A program made the translations under genes and the position numbers. The notes beneath the pieces were generated by a model. The model was not told where the DNA came from. It saw nothing but the letters and a program-made list of their open reading frames with translations, and searched no databases. 64,000 nt of DNA from Trichodelitschia bisporula (Eukaryota). The stretch covers positions 1,086,217-1,150,216 of the forward strand of contig ML996690.1 in the NCBI GenBank assembly GCA_010356995.1. Direction: 5' to 3'. Below, one piece after another: positions 46,982 through 58,112 of the stretch (position 1 is its first letter; each line of letters begins with the position of its first letter).

Positions 46982-47770
46982 CTACCCATCCTCCACCGCC
47001 GCACACACGCCTGTTGGCGGCTCCTCCCCCCTCAACGGCTCCTCCTCCTTGAGCGGCTCAACCCTCAACCCACACATAAGCATCACCACCCTATCATAAA
47101 CCTCACACGGCCTAACCAGCCCCAAAAACCCCACCCGTCCCTCGCCCACCTCCGCATACGCCATCGCAGTCTTCTCCTCCCCACCCCTCACCAACATGGG
47201 CGGAAACACCTCCGTCCCCTCCTGCCCATCCCCACCCCCCCCCTCTTCGTCCTCCTCCACCTCCTCCCCCGCCTCCCCCCCCGCAAGATATATCCTCTCC
47301 CGCCCCTCCACCCCATGCAAAAACACACCCTTCCCCCCATCCACCTCCCTCGCCAAACACCTCCTCACCCGCCCCGTAACCCTAGGATTCAACACCAGCC
47401 CCGCGCGCTCATACGCGCCAAATCGCCACCCCAGACCCCACTCCCCGAAAAACCCATCCATGGCCTCAAAATCCGCAAATGTGGCGAACACACCCATGCA
47501 CACCACGATCCCCCCGGCCCAGACGTATTCATGTAGTGCCATGCGCACGCCGGTGTTGGCGGGGAGCGTAACGCCCGGGTCGACGAGGAGGATGGCCCGG
47601 GGCGGGGTGTTGGTGCGTAGGAGGTCGAGGGCGGTGGTGGGGGTGGTTACGCGGAGGAGCGTGGTGAGGGAGGAGAGGGAGGAGAGGAGGGGGGAGAAGA
47701 GCGTGTCTAGGCTGTAGGGTTGGAGTTGGAAGAGGAGGATGTAGTCACGCGGGGGGCGGGGGGGTGGCAT
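46982..47770 (-). CDS. Conserved-type fungal hypothetical protein, possibly class I glutamine amidotransferase-like alpha/beta fold
   Basis: PRAILLVDPGV…LHEYVWAGGIVVCMGVF…FFGEWGLGWRFGAY…AYAEVGEGRVGFLG. Confidence 0.7.
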   Translation of the reverse strand: MPPPRPPRDYILLFQLQPYSLDTLFSPLLSSLSSLTTLLRVTTPTTALDLLRTNTPPRAILLVDPGVTLPANTGVRMALHEYVWAGGIVVCMGVFATFADFEAMDGFFGEWGLGWRFGAYERAGLVLNPRVTGRVRRCLAREVDGGKGVFLHGVEGRERIYLAGGEAGEEVEEDEEGGGGDGQEGTEVFPPMLVRGGEEKTAMAYAEVGEGRVGFLGLVRPCEVYDRVVMLMCGLRVEPLKEEEPLRGEEPPTGVCAAVEDG

Positions 47771-48366
47771 GGTTGGGGCTGGGGTTGTGGGCGCGAGTTG
47801 CGGTCGTGATGGTGAGATGACGGTGACTCCAGCACTGCGGTTGCAGTCTCCAGCAATGGCAATGGCGAAGTAGGAAGCAGCAACAATTAGCTTCGCAGAG
47901 ATAGGATGCAGTAAAGCAAAGCCCGGACGCGGAAGCACAACAAAGAATCACAGCAGCGTGGCCGTCGGCGGGGCAATCAATGTTTGTATTTGCCCCTCTA
48001 CTCACACCACACATCTCCGCGACCGGGCAACCATAGCTCGGTTGCTTTTTGCGGTGAAGAACGCCGCCCGCATTCGCCAATGTGCAGATGCCAGCTTCTC
48101 GGCCCGTGGTTCGTCGGCGCAGGCGCGAGACACTCGGGCGCGTCTCACACGGCCCCGCTTCGGGAAGGCCAATTACACGATCCGTGTATGCTGCACGGAC
48201 GGTGCGCGGGGGGCACGTGATGCTACGTTGGACCGGTATGGCTTCGTGCGGGAGTGCGGGTCATGAAGCCAGGTCCAAAATTGGCGGGCATGGCTGGCGG
48301 GCGTACGATAGTAACCGTCCATCCATCGCCATCCAGTACCAGAACAGTCCCGGCCTCGCCGCCCGC

Positions 48367-49250
48367 CTACCTCCCCCTCCCCGCCCTTACCTCCCCAATA
48401 ACCCTAACCGCCTCCACCCCCTCCTCCATCGTAGCATACAATCCCATAACCCTCACCACCCTCCCCCTGCCCTCCCCCCTGAGTGCCTCCCTAAGCGCGG
48501 TCCCGAGATCGAGTAACAGCGTCCCCCGGACCGTTTTCAGTCTCTCCGCCTGGGAGTGCAGGAACGGGTGTTCGCCCAAAGAGGCCACGAGCTGCGTGGC
48601 GGAGACATATGCTTGCGTGAGACGCTGCAGCCGGGCTAGGCTGGTTAGACCCTCGTCGTCTTCATCCTCGTCGGTTTCGCTGTCGTCGGTTTCGCTTCGC
48701 TCACCGACGGCGAGTCCCTCTTCCAATTCCCCGATCCGGGAATGTACTTCCACCAACCCCCTCGCGAGCTCCTTGTCCCTCCTCACCCTTTCACGCTCGC
48801 GAACCAACCCATCCGCCACCCCCGTGCGTCTCCCCACACTCTCCCTAACCGCGCCCACGCCCTTCACGAAACCCAATAACCCAACCCTAACCTCCTCGAC
48901 CCTCTCCTCTCCGCCCCTTAAATCCGCACCTAGAGTAAGGAACGCCTGATACTCATCGTTCACTAAGTCGAGGAGTTCTTTAGCGAGGGTCTGCGAGCGG
49001 GTTCTGAGTTCGGAGCGCAGGTCGGCGAGGGTTTGGTGCCGGTTGTGCAGCGTGGAGAGGTAGCCACTGGGACTGAAATGGGGTGCTAGGAAGGCGGAGC
49101 GGGGGAGGGGTTGTGGGTAGGGGAGGTTGTCCGTGTCGCTATCGCTGTCGGAGGTGGTGGAGGAGGAGTGGTTGGAGGGGGTGTTGAGCTGCGGGCGTTA
49201 GCTTTGGGGGTTGGGCTGGAGGGCTGGGGGCGTACGTAGAAGGCGCTCAT
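48367..49250 (-). CDS. COG2: Conserved oligomeric Golgi complex subunit 2. Intron 49235-49189
   Basis: LPYPQPLPRSAF…FSPSGYLSTLHNRHQTLADLRSELR…LLDLVNDEYQAFLTLGADLRGGEE. Confidence 0.9.
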
Positions 49251-49653
49251 TGTTGCGGATGAGAAGAGACGCGGTGGTGATGTTGTACTGTACGTTATGA
49301 ACGCGAGGTGCCGTGACGTGACGCGCGTGCGGCGTTTCGGCGTTAAGCCCACGTGTGGGTGGGTTGGATGGGTAAGCTCTGACAGGGATGGGGAGTGAGT
49401 GGCTATCGATAACCGCGGGTGAGTGATCAAATGGGGCAATTACTAAGAAAGGCTTCCCCCCCCACCCCCCCCACCCCGCGAAGGAACCCCGCCATGGCGA
49501 ATAAAAGGGTGGAAAGAGGCTGATTGAGCGGGGGAGAAAGAGCTTGAAATATCATTCTACCTTCACAGCTTCGTTGAGCAGTAAAAGCAGTTCCCCCTTA
49601 TCTCTACATTTCCATATCGCAAGGCATACAGCACAAGCTAGAACGAAGCGACA

Positions 49654-50877
49654 ATGCCCCCCGCCGCCCAACCCGACCTCCCCCTCTCCCCTCACGGCGA
49701 AATCGACTCCATGCTCTCTCGCAAATTCGGCAAAGAAGTAGCAAACTACTTCTCCGGCTCCCCCCTAAACCGCGTCGCCTTCCTGCGAACCGACCACACC
49801 TTCCTCACCCAAGCCCTCCACCACCCGAGCACAACCTTCATCCTCTTCAAAGATCTAAACCCGCTCCTCAAGGACCCAGCCACCCTCGCCACGGTCCCGT
49901 ACTCAACCGTCAAACCCCTTGTAGGCGAAAACCCGTACTTGACGCCGGAGGCCGAGCAAATCGCAGCCTACAACAGCAGCACGTACATCCCGACGCTCAT
50001 ATTCCTCGGCCTGGACCCCGCCCCCCCCTCGCCCCTGACATATAAATCGCACTCCGGCGCACCCGTCTTCGCCCTCGACGTCACCCCCCGCGCCCACCTC
50101 ACAGATGCCTCCAACAACCTCATCTCCTCCCTAACATCCCAATCCCTCTCCTTCAGCACAGGCCGGCACAACCTCACCCTCCCCCCCTCCGCCGCCGCGC
50201 TCTACGCCTCAGCGCGTCACCTGCTAGACTGGAACACGCGGAACCCCTTCTGCGCCCAATGCGGCTCCCCCACCCTCTCCACCAACGCAGGCTGGAAGCG
50301 CACGTGCCCGCCCAGCGACACCGCGTTTCAAACACCCCGCCCGAGCTGCGTCAGCCGCGGTGCCATCAGTAATATCTGTTTCCCGCGGACCGACCCCACG
50401 GTCATCATGGCCGTGATATCCGCCTCGGGGGATAAGATACTCCTGGGGCGGCAGAACCGCTGGCCAGCGCATTGGTACTCCACCCTCGCCGGCTTCCTAG
50501 AACCCGCGGAGAGCGTTGAAGAAGCCGTGCGGCGCGAAGTGTGGGAAGAGAGCGGCGTAAGGGTGGGCAGGGTCGTGGTGCACTCCACGCAGCCCTGGCC
50601 CTACCCCGCGAATCTCATGATCGGGGCTGTGGGGCAGGCGCTCCCTGACGGCGAGGCTGTGGATCTGGGGAATGATCCCGAGTTGGAGGATGCGCGGTGG
50701 TTTGAGTTGGCTGAGGTGAGGGAGGCGCTCCGGGTGGGGACGAGTGGGCTGGGGGAGGAAGCGGGGCCGGGTTATAAGGAGGGGGGACTGCGGTTGCCGC
50801 CCCGGACGGCGATTGCGCACCAGTTGTTGGATGCGGTTGTGAATGGGGGGTTTTTGGCGGGGGTGGTGAAGATCTAG
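49654..50877 (+). CDS. NPY1: NADH pyrophosphatase (NudC/NUDT12-type Nudix hydrolase)
   Basis: Zn ribbon FCAQCGSP, FPRTDPTVIMAV, Nudix box LAGFLEPAESVEEAVRREVWEESG, signature TQPWPYPANLMIG. Ends in PTS1-like VKI. Confidence 0.95.
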   Translation: MPPAAQPDLPLSPHGEIDSMLSRKFGKEVANYFSGSPLNRVAFLRTDHTFLTQALHHPSTTFILFKDLNPLLKDPATLATVPYSTVKPLVGENPYLTPEAEQIAAYNSSTYIPTLIFLGLDPAPPSPLTYKSHSGAPVFALDVTPRAHLTDASNNLISSLTSQSLSFSTGRHNLTLPPSAAALYASARHLLDWNTRNPFCAQCGSPTLSTNAGWKRTCPPSDTAFQTPRPSCVSRGAISNICFPRTDPTVIMAVISASGDKILLGRQNRWPAHWYSTLAGFLEPAESVEEAVRREVWEESGVRVGRVVVHSTQPWPYPANLMIGAVGQALPDGEAVDLGNDPELEDARWFELAEVREALRVGTSGLGEEAGPGYKEGGLRLPPRTAIAHQLLDAVVNGGFLAGVVKI

Positions 50878-51340
50878 AACTAGATGTTAGTGTTGGTCGT
50901 TGCTTGCCTGCTTCGCGCGCGACGTAGATAGCCTCCATCGACCTGTAGATCCGCAAGACCTACGCCGGCTAGAACACGCGCAAGGGAAATGTAGAGAAAT
51001 AGAGTCTATATTTATTGAGGAGAGTCGTCTCGTATCCCAAATGTCGCGTCGCGCGGGTACAGACCTAGCGAAAGGCAGAAAAAGAAAGGCAATGAAGTCA
51101 CATCAAGTGCCCACGAGAACGCCGGATAATCCCTCCGTTGTATCTCGAATCATGACGTCCGTTCAATCAACCGCCGAAAAATATCTGCGCAAGTGTATCA
51201 TCAGCCTCGCCGCATGTCATAACGGCATATCACAAACATAACACCAAGCCATCGTGAACCAATTTTACCCCCGTCCATGCACCACCAAACCCCCCTCCAT
51301 GCCTCAGCACCTAACCCTCAACCCCATCTCCACAACCCCA

Positions 51341-53041
51341 TCAAAACTCCCCCCCTCCAGCCCCACCCAACGCCCCCGCCCCCCACACCCCCACCAACCC
51401 CCAAAACCCCACCCTCCACCCCCTCCAAAGCCCCTTAACACCCTGCCCCCTCCTCGGCGGCGGTAACATCGCCCCCATCCCCCCGGCACTAACCGGCGTC
51501 TGGCGGCCCGACTGTATGCCCACGGGCGTACTCGTCCCCAGCGCCGCCACCCCGTTCTGCGGGCGACTATACCCCTCCTCCCTCACGATATACCACACCG
51601 TGCCCCAGACACCACGGTACGGGCCGACGGGCACAATCGTGCGCAACGGTCCCGCTGGCACCTCGTTAGAAGGCAGGATACCCATGGCCCGTTTGGGGGT
51701 CGGCTGCGAGAGGACGGCGATGTGGCCCCGCCGGAGCACGGTTTCAAGGGGCAGTTTGAGGAAGAGTTCGGATAGGGAGGTGCAGAAGCTGGAGAGGGAG
51801 TAGGTGAGTGGGGTTAGGGTCGGGTCGATGTGGAGCCAGGAGCGGAGGAAGAAGGGCGCGCAACTGCTGAGAAGGGGGGGGAGGGTGCTGTGGAGCAGGG
51901 TTATGGGGACGAGGGCCGGGGGCACCGTGCGCGAGGGGAGGGAGCGGAGGGAGGGGAGGAGGGCGCGGGGGGGGGAGGAGGTGGAGGTTAGGATTAGGCT
52001 GGGGAGTGTTAGATGGTATATCGCCTGTGGAGGGGGGTGGCTTACCGCGTGCGCACCATGTCCAGCGGTGCAAGGAGCAGCCCTGCGATGCCGGCTGCTG
52101 CAACGACGACGCCGATACTCGCGAGCGGGCTCGGTGAATCCAGAATATGCGGCCCGCCCAGATGCGCCGCATGCGCGCTGTGCCCCACCAGCCCCGCATC
52201 CGGCAGGTTCATGAGCGCAGAAAGCAGACTCCGCGTCCAGGTCTCGATGGTCTTGAGCAGCACATTGTAGACAAACGTACTATTCGTGCCCTTCCAGATG
52301 CCCCAGGCCCCTTCCTTGGACCACAGCTGCGAGATAACTTCGAGCAGGGAGTCGGAGCGGCGGAGCTCGATCGCGTGGGCGAAGTGTTGCGAGGAGGGGG
52401 TGGGGGTCGCGGAATGGGAGCGGTTGGGCGGGTTTCGGCGGCGAGTGCTGCGGGGCGAGGAGGGGGTTTCGTAGGGCGCGGTGGAGGCGAAGTACGAGGG
52501 TGCTTCGGAGTCGGAGTCTTCTTCGGAGAGATACTGGGAGCCTTGGGTTAGCGCGGGTTCGTAGCTGAGGGTCTTATCGCGAAAATGCACGTACGTCCGA
52601 AACCCGATTATCGCCGTACGCAGCGTAGCTCTGCTGGCCGTTGGCGTGGGTGGGAACGGGCAGAGATTCCGTCCCGCCTGCTAAATGGCACTGCAGGACT
52701 ATTTTGGCGACTTCGAAGGGTTGGGCGAGGAGGATGCTGGTGTAGTTCCATACCGCCTGGTCGAGCAGGCGCTTCGTTACATCGGCCAACGATCCGCTGT
52801 CTTTCTCGGGCAGATAGGTCTCATAGTCGAGATCGGAGAGCAGATCCCTCGCCGATGAACGCAGATCCGGTTTCGAGCTTGGAGGCGGGATCTTGGTGGC
52901 GGCTGCGTGCTGCGTGACGTTTGCAAGCGGTTCTGGCGGTGGGCCGATGGACGGGGGAATATAATACGGGCGGAGCGGATTCGGCGCATCGCGAGACGTG
53001 GACGTCCTAAAGGAAGCATAAGGCCCGCTATCCCGCTCCAT
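51341..53041 (-). CDS. UGO1: Mitochondrial fusion carrier-like outer-membrane protein Ugo1, 3 exons
   Basis: NPLRPYYIPP, LAQPFEVAKIVLQC, LWSKEGAWGIWKG, LAPLDMVRTRL, KLPLETVLRR, GLWRGWRVG. Introns 52594-52535 and about 52046-51998. Confidence 0.92.
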
Positions 53042-53273
53042 GTCGGGCGTCGGCGGCGCTTCGTCGTGGTGATGTGGAAGGGGGAAAAGTGGGCGGGAGG
53101 TTGGTGTGTTGTGAGCGGAGAAGCTCTCGCGATTTAACGACCAGCGACAGCGGCGTAGTGTGCATGAAAGATTTCTCGAGTCGTCCCGCCTCCTCCGACC
53201 AGGCCTACTTTTGATATTTCCCACCCCACACCGCAGCAACCTCGTCCCCCGTTATCAGGAAGATATAAACATC

Positions 53274-53967
53274 ATGGCTGCCTTCAGCCGCTTGTCGCAA
53301 TGCTTCCGCTCACTGCTTAATCGTCCACTATCTCAACTCGCATCTTCCTCGCCGCAGACGTCATGCCAGCGCTGTGCGCACACCTCCGCCCGCCAGAGCA
53401 ATTGGCGCCTCGTTTCCGCCGAAAGCCGCTTGCACTCTGCGATTCTTAGCAAGAGTCTCCGTCTCTCTCCCCTTCGACCACGCAGAGCATTCTCTGCAAC
53501 GGCAGTTGCGAGCCATGGCCATCTTCACACACCGAAGCCAGGCGAGGAGTAAGCAAGCTGCCCCACCATAACCCATACCCGCCAACCTAACCCGCCACTT
53601 TCCTAGACGCAAAGTCACATTTATAGACAAGGACGGCGAGCGGCATACCTTTGAAGTCGCCGACGGAGACAATCTGCTCGACATCGCACAAGCGAACGAT
53701 ATCGAGATGGAAGGCGCCTGCGGCGGATCCTGCGCCTGTTCCACCTGCCATGTCATCGTCACCGACGAGGGGTACTACGACAAGATGCCCGAGCCCGAGG
53801 ACGATGAAAACGACATGCTCGATCTCGCATTTGGCCTAACCGAGACAAGCCGCCTCGGTTGCCAGGTTATCATGTCTAAAGAACTCGATGGCCTGGTGGT
53901 TCAACTGCCTTCAATGACGAGGAACTTGCAGGCAAGCGACTTTGTAGACAAGGAAAAGAAGGGCTAG
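53274..53967 (+). CDS. YAH1: Mitochondrial [2Fe-2S] ferredoxin (adrenodoxin type). Intron 53549-53606
   Basis: Arg/Ser-rich presequence, EGACGGSCACSTCHV, DMLDLAFGLTETSRLGCQ. Confidence 0.96.
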
Positions 53968-54334
53968 CTGACTGCTGCTCCACGGGAAGGACTGAACGAC
54001 TGTATGAATACCAAAACATCTAGACTGGGTGGAGCGTTGCTGTTGCACGCCTTGTATCATGTTGCGAACAGAATCTGACTGAATCGTTGATGAACCTGTA
54101 CATAGGGCTACGGCTGTAGGAGTATTCCCCATTCCCCTCCATCGAAAGCAAGCTCCTCGAGCATATGCAAGACGCAATGTACAAGGCCCAGGAGACAGAT
54201 CCCATGCCATTCGTAAGATACCGCAATTACCTCCGCCGGTAGTGTGAGGAGCACGCACTAAAACCCAGATAAGCATCCTTCCATGACGCCAATCGCCCGA
54301 TAACCCTCCCGCCCGAGTAGAACAATGCAGTTGC

Positions 54335-55875
54335 TCACAGCAGACCTTGCTTTTGTAAGTCGAGATACACCTTCTCCGGCATAACATTTCCTTCCGCATC
54401 CTCCATCTGCACAATGTTGTCATGAACCGTCCTCTCCTTCTTCCGATCCCTCGAAATCTTGTCCCACAGCTTAAGAGCTTCTTCGATTCCAGTAATCTCT
54501 CGGAAGAGCGTCGTGTTCGTGATGCCCAGACACTTCAATCCGTAGACATGCCGAGCTTCACCAAAATGCTTGTCGAATGCTCGCCGGCCCATGTAAACGA
54601 AGTTGCCGCAGATTTCGCAGGGAAACTCGACGCCGAGGCCGTGCAGCTTGTACAACCAGTACGGAATTGGCTTGCCGTCCCAGGCGAGGGGAAGCTTCAA
54701 GGGGTTGTATATCTTGTCATCCCCGTCCGACTCTTCGTCCTCTTCCTGGCGCCCTGCCGGCTCGGCTGATTGCTCATAGAAAGCGGCAAGCTCCTGTTGG
54801 CGTTCCCTGTCCGTCATGCCCTGCTTCCGCTCAACGTTGACCCTCGTGTCGCTCCGCTCCGTCTGCATAGCAGCAACGAGCTTCTTGATCCGGGACTCTC
54901 GTTCAGCCAATGCCTTCTCCTTCAAGCCAAGCGCAGTCGCTGCGGATTGTCGTGGGGCCCCATTCGTAGCAGTCCCATTCTTCTTCGCTTCCGCGGCCTT
55001 GATGTGCTTCCGGTTGGTGAGGTGATGCTTGTAGACGTTCTCATTCTTGAACTCCTTCTCGCAATCATCGCACCATATGCCTTCGCCAGATCCTTTGGTG
55101 GCAGGCGCAGCCACTTTGGGCTTTTCCTCCTTTTGCCACTCCGCGATCTCTCCAGCTTCCCAAGCCTTCTCAAAGTCGGCGTTGAAGGTGGCGAACAGTT
55201 TATCCAAATCCTCCAAAGGCTTTGTCCGTCGCATGAATCCTTCAAGATATGATGCCAGCGCACCAAGATATCTGAAGTACGTGTCGTTCATCTTGTCGGC
55301 GCGCTTGATGGTGGTGAAGTTGTCGAAGGAGTCGAGGTATTGAAGGTAAGTGAAGCGGCGACCGCCTTTCACCCCTGGCAAGTTAAGGAACTCTTCATGC
55401 AGCGTGGTAAGGTCAAAGAACCTTCCGTAGCCCTCCTCTCCAGTAAACATGGTATCGATCGGCATGGCGACCACTTCGCCTTCCGCGGCAGGTCGACGCT
55501 TGTATGCGCGCTCCAAGTTCTCGACGGGTTCGTTGGGGTACCGTCGATGGAAGTCTTTCATCTCGGAGAGCTGTTTGTAGAACTCTGATGTTGGGTCACC
55601 GGTGGAGACGGACTGTATCTCTCTTGTCCGCTCACCATCGCTATCGCGGTAGATATCGAGAAGCCGCTGAGACTGATCATGGATACGAATGAGGAAGTTT
55701 GCGACTTCATGATCGCGGTTCAGCCGTTCCCTAATCTATACGACATGTAAGCCCCGATTCAAAGGAAGTGGATAGATTTGCGTACGTGTTTTGGATCTTC
55801 TATCACTCGGTCGGCGATGGCAGCTTCCAGCCTCTCCAGGTCCTCGTGCAGGACGCGCTGCTCCTCCAATATCAT
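54335..55875 (-). CDS. PRP9: Splicing factor 3A subunit 3 (SF3a60). Intron 55785-55736
   Basis: LEEQRVLHEDLERLE, FTGEEGYGRFFDL, YNPLKLPLAWDGKPIPYWLYKLHGLG..FPCEICGN, DLQKQGLL. Confidence 0.96.
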
Positions 55876-56204
55876 CGCTGCTGGGTAATCGTCCTCGACT
55901 GACCGCTGTGTAGAAAGATAGGAGGAAAGGGGAGGTTTATTGCACGTGGTTGCAATCACGCTGGTCCGTTGCACGTCGCGAAGCTCAAGTCGAGGCGCGA
56001 AACCACCCTAGGTCACCGGAACAACCTTTTGCCACAAAATCAAAGAGAGGGTGGCCCGTGCACTTTCTATGCTCCAGCCTTTTGGCCTGCACGGCGAACT
56101 TCGGCCAGCGCAAGCCACTCCACCACTACGAACTCACAAACTCACCCCATCATCTCCACCGCATCACTCTATCACCTAACGAAAACTTCTTGACTTTCGA
56201 CATC

Positions 56205-57452
56205 ATGGCGGAGGGAATTGACAGGAAGGCCGAGGAGCGCATGGAGTTCAACACCTCCAAGGAGGTGACCGTCGCGCCGACTTTCGAGGCGATGCATCTC
56301 AAGGAGAATCTCCTTCGCGGCATCTACGCGTACGGCTACGAATCACCTTCGGCTGTACAGTCTCGCGCTATCGTCCAAATCTGCAAAGGCCGCGACACCA
56401 TCGCTCAGGCGCAGTCTGGTACGGGTAAAACGGCGACTTTCTCGATTAGCATCCTCCAGATCATCGACACCGCGGTTAGGGAGACGCAAGCGCTTGTCCT
56501 TTCGCCGACCCGTGAACTTGCCACTCAGATCCAGTCTGTCATCATGGCGCTCGGCGACTATATGAACGTTCAGTGCCACGCCTGCATTGGCGGTACGAAT
56601 GTCGGAGAGGATATCCGGAAGCTTGATTACGGACAGCACGTCGTCTCCGGAACTCCTGGACGCGTGGCTGATATGATCCGTCGCCGCAACCTCCGCACGC
56701 GCCACATCAAGATGCTGGTTCTGGATGAAGCGGACGAACTGCTCAACCGTGGCTTCCGGGAGCAGATCTACGATGTTTACCGGTACCTGCCGCCTGCGAC
56801 GCAAGTTGTTGTCGTCTCGGCCACTCTTCCCTACGACGTTCTGGACATGACCACGAAATTCATGACGGATCCGGTCCGCATTTTGGTCAAGCGTGACGAG
56901 TTGACTCTGGAAGGTCTCAAGCAGTACTTCATTGCGATTGAACGGGAGGAGTGGAAGTTTGACACACTATGCGATCTCTACGACACCCTCACCATTACCC
57001 AGGCTGTCATCTTTTGCAACACTCGGCGCAAGGTGGACTGGCTGACGGACAAGATGCGCGAGGCCAATTTCACCGTCTCCTCGATGCACGGCGATATGCC
57101 GCAGAAGGAACGTGACAGTATCATGTCCGACTTCCGGCAGGGCAACTCTCGCGTGCTGATCTCGACCGACGTCTGGGCTCGTGGTATCGACGTGCAGCAG
57201 GTTTCTCTTGTGATCAATTACGATCTTCCCAGCAACCGTGAGAACTATATTCATCGTATCGGTCGTAGCGGTCGGTTCGGACGCAAGGGTGTTGCCATCA
57301 ACTTCGTCACCGCTGAGGACGTTCGCATTCTCCGCGACATTGAGTGTAAGTCTGCTAGTCCGCCGCTACGATGACAGGGCTGACGAAAGATAGTGTACTA
57401 CTCTACTCAGATCGACGAGATGCCGATGAATGTGGCCGATCTTATCTCTTAG
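56205..57452 (+). CDS. FAL1: DEAD-box RNA helicase eIF4A-III (exon junction complex). Intron 57346-57393
   Basis: [37 protein letters not shown] (the W is typical of eIF4AIII), [20 protein letters not shown]. Confidence 0.96.
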
Positions 57453-57746
57453 ATCTGTCACCCTCATCTGAGTTCTGTAGGTCGAGCTCATGTCTTCGCT
57501 TCAAGGCAGCTTGTGCAATGGGAAATCAAGTGTGGAGGATATGGGCTTGTAGCCATAGAGGTTCGTTCCGTCTTCTGCGTCAAACCCGTGGGGCTTTACT
57601 GATGCGCTTCGCGTGGCAGAACCAAACCAGTATGGAATCAGGCGATATCGCAATGTCCGTCCACCAATGCTATCCAAAAATTGCGCTGTGGATCCTCCTG
57701 TCCAACCTGAGCGTCATGTTTCCAAAGGCTTATGTCTTAGAGGGAA

Positions 57747-57905
57747 CCGTCTTCTTGTGACGGCTCCTCTGTTAGGTTGTCTTCTGATCTTTCGCTGTGC
57801 TGCTACTGGCTGTGTCTTTAATACATGGTTTTAAAGACACAGCCAGAGGCAGACCAGCGAAAGATCAGAAGACAGTCTGACAAAGGTACCGTCACTGGAA
57901 GACGG
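57747..57905 (+). repeat. Long imperfect inverted repeat (75-nt arms, 9-nt loop); candidate structured or milRNA-precursor RNA
   Basis: Arms 57747-57821 and 57831-57905 align without gaps: 63 Watson-Crick pairs, 5 G:U on the + strand, 7 mismatches. Confidence 0.92.
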
Positions 57906-58112
57906 AGCCGAACAATTGCGTACCATAGTGACTTCTCTAAAGCCGCTCTCGATGCCACTAGACACAGCCGCAGCCGCAACCGGGAATCCCGCTTGTGCGT
58001 GCCGGGACTTGGGTTAGGAAGGTGATCGGTCACGGAGTTCAGGTCACGTTCTATCTGGAAATGAGTGGACGAAACTCTGAAGTTGGGTACAATATGATGC
58101 TTTCCATAAGTC

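Noticed and set aside
52573..52594. Apparent 22-nt intron in UGO1
   Set aside because: A branch site (GCTAAC) and in-frame acceptor further downstream give a normal 60-nt intron (52594-52535).
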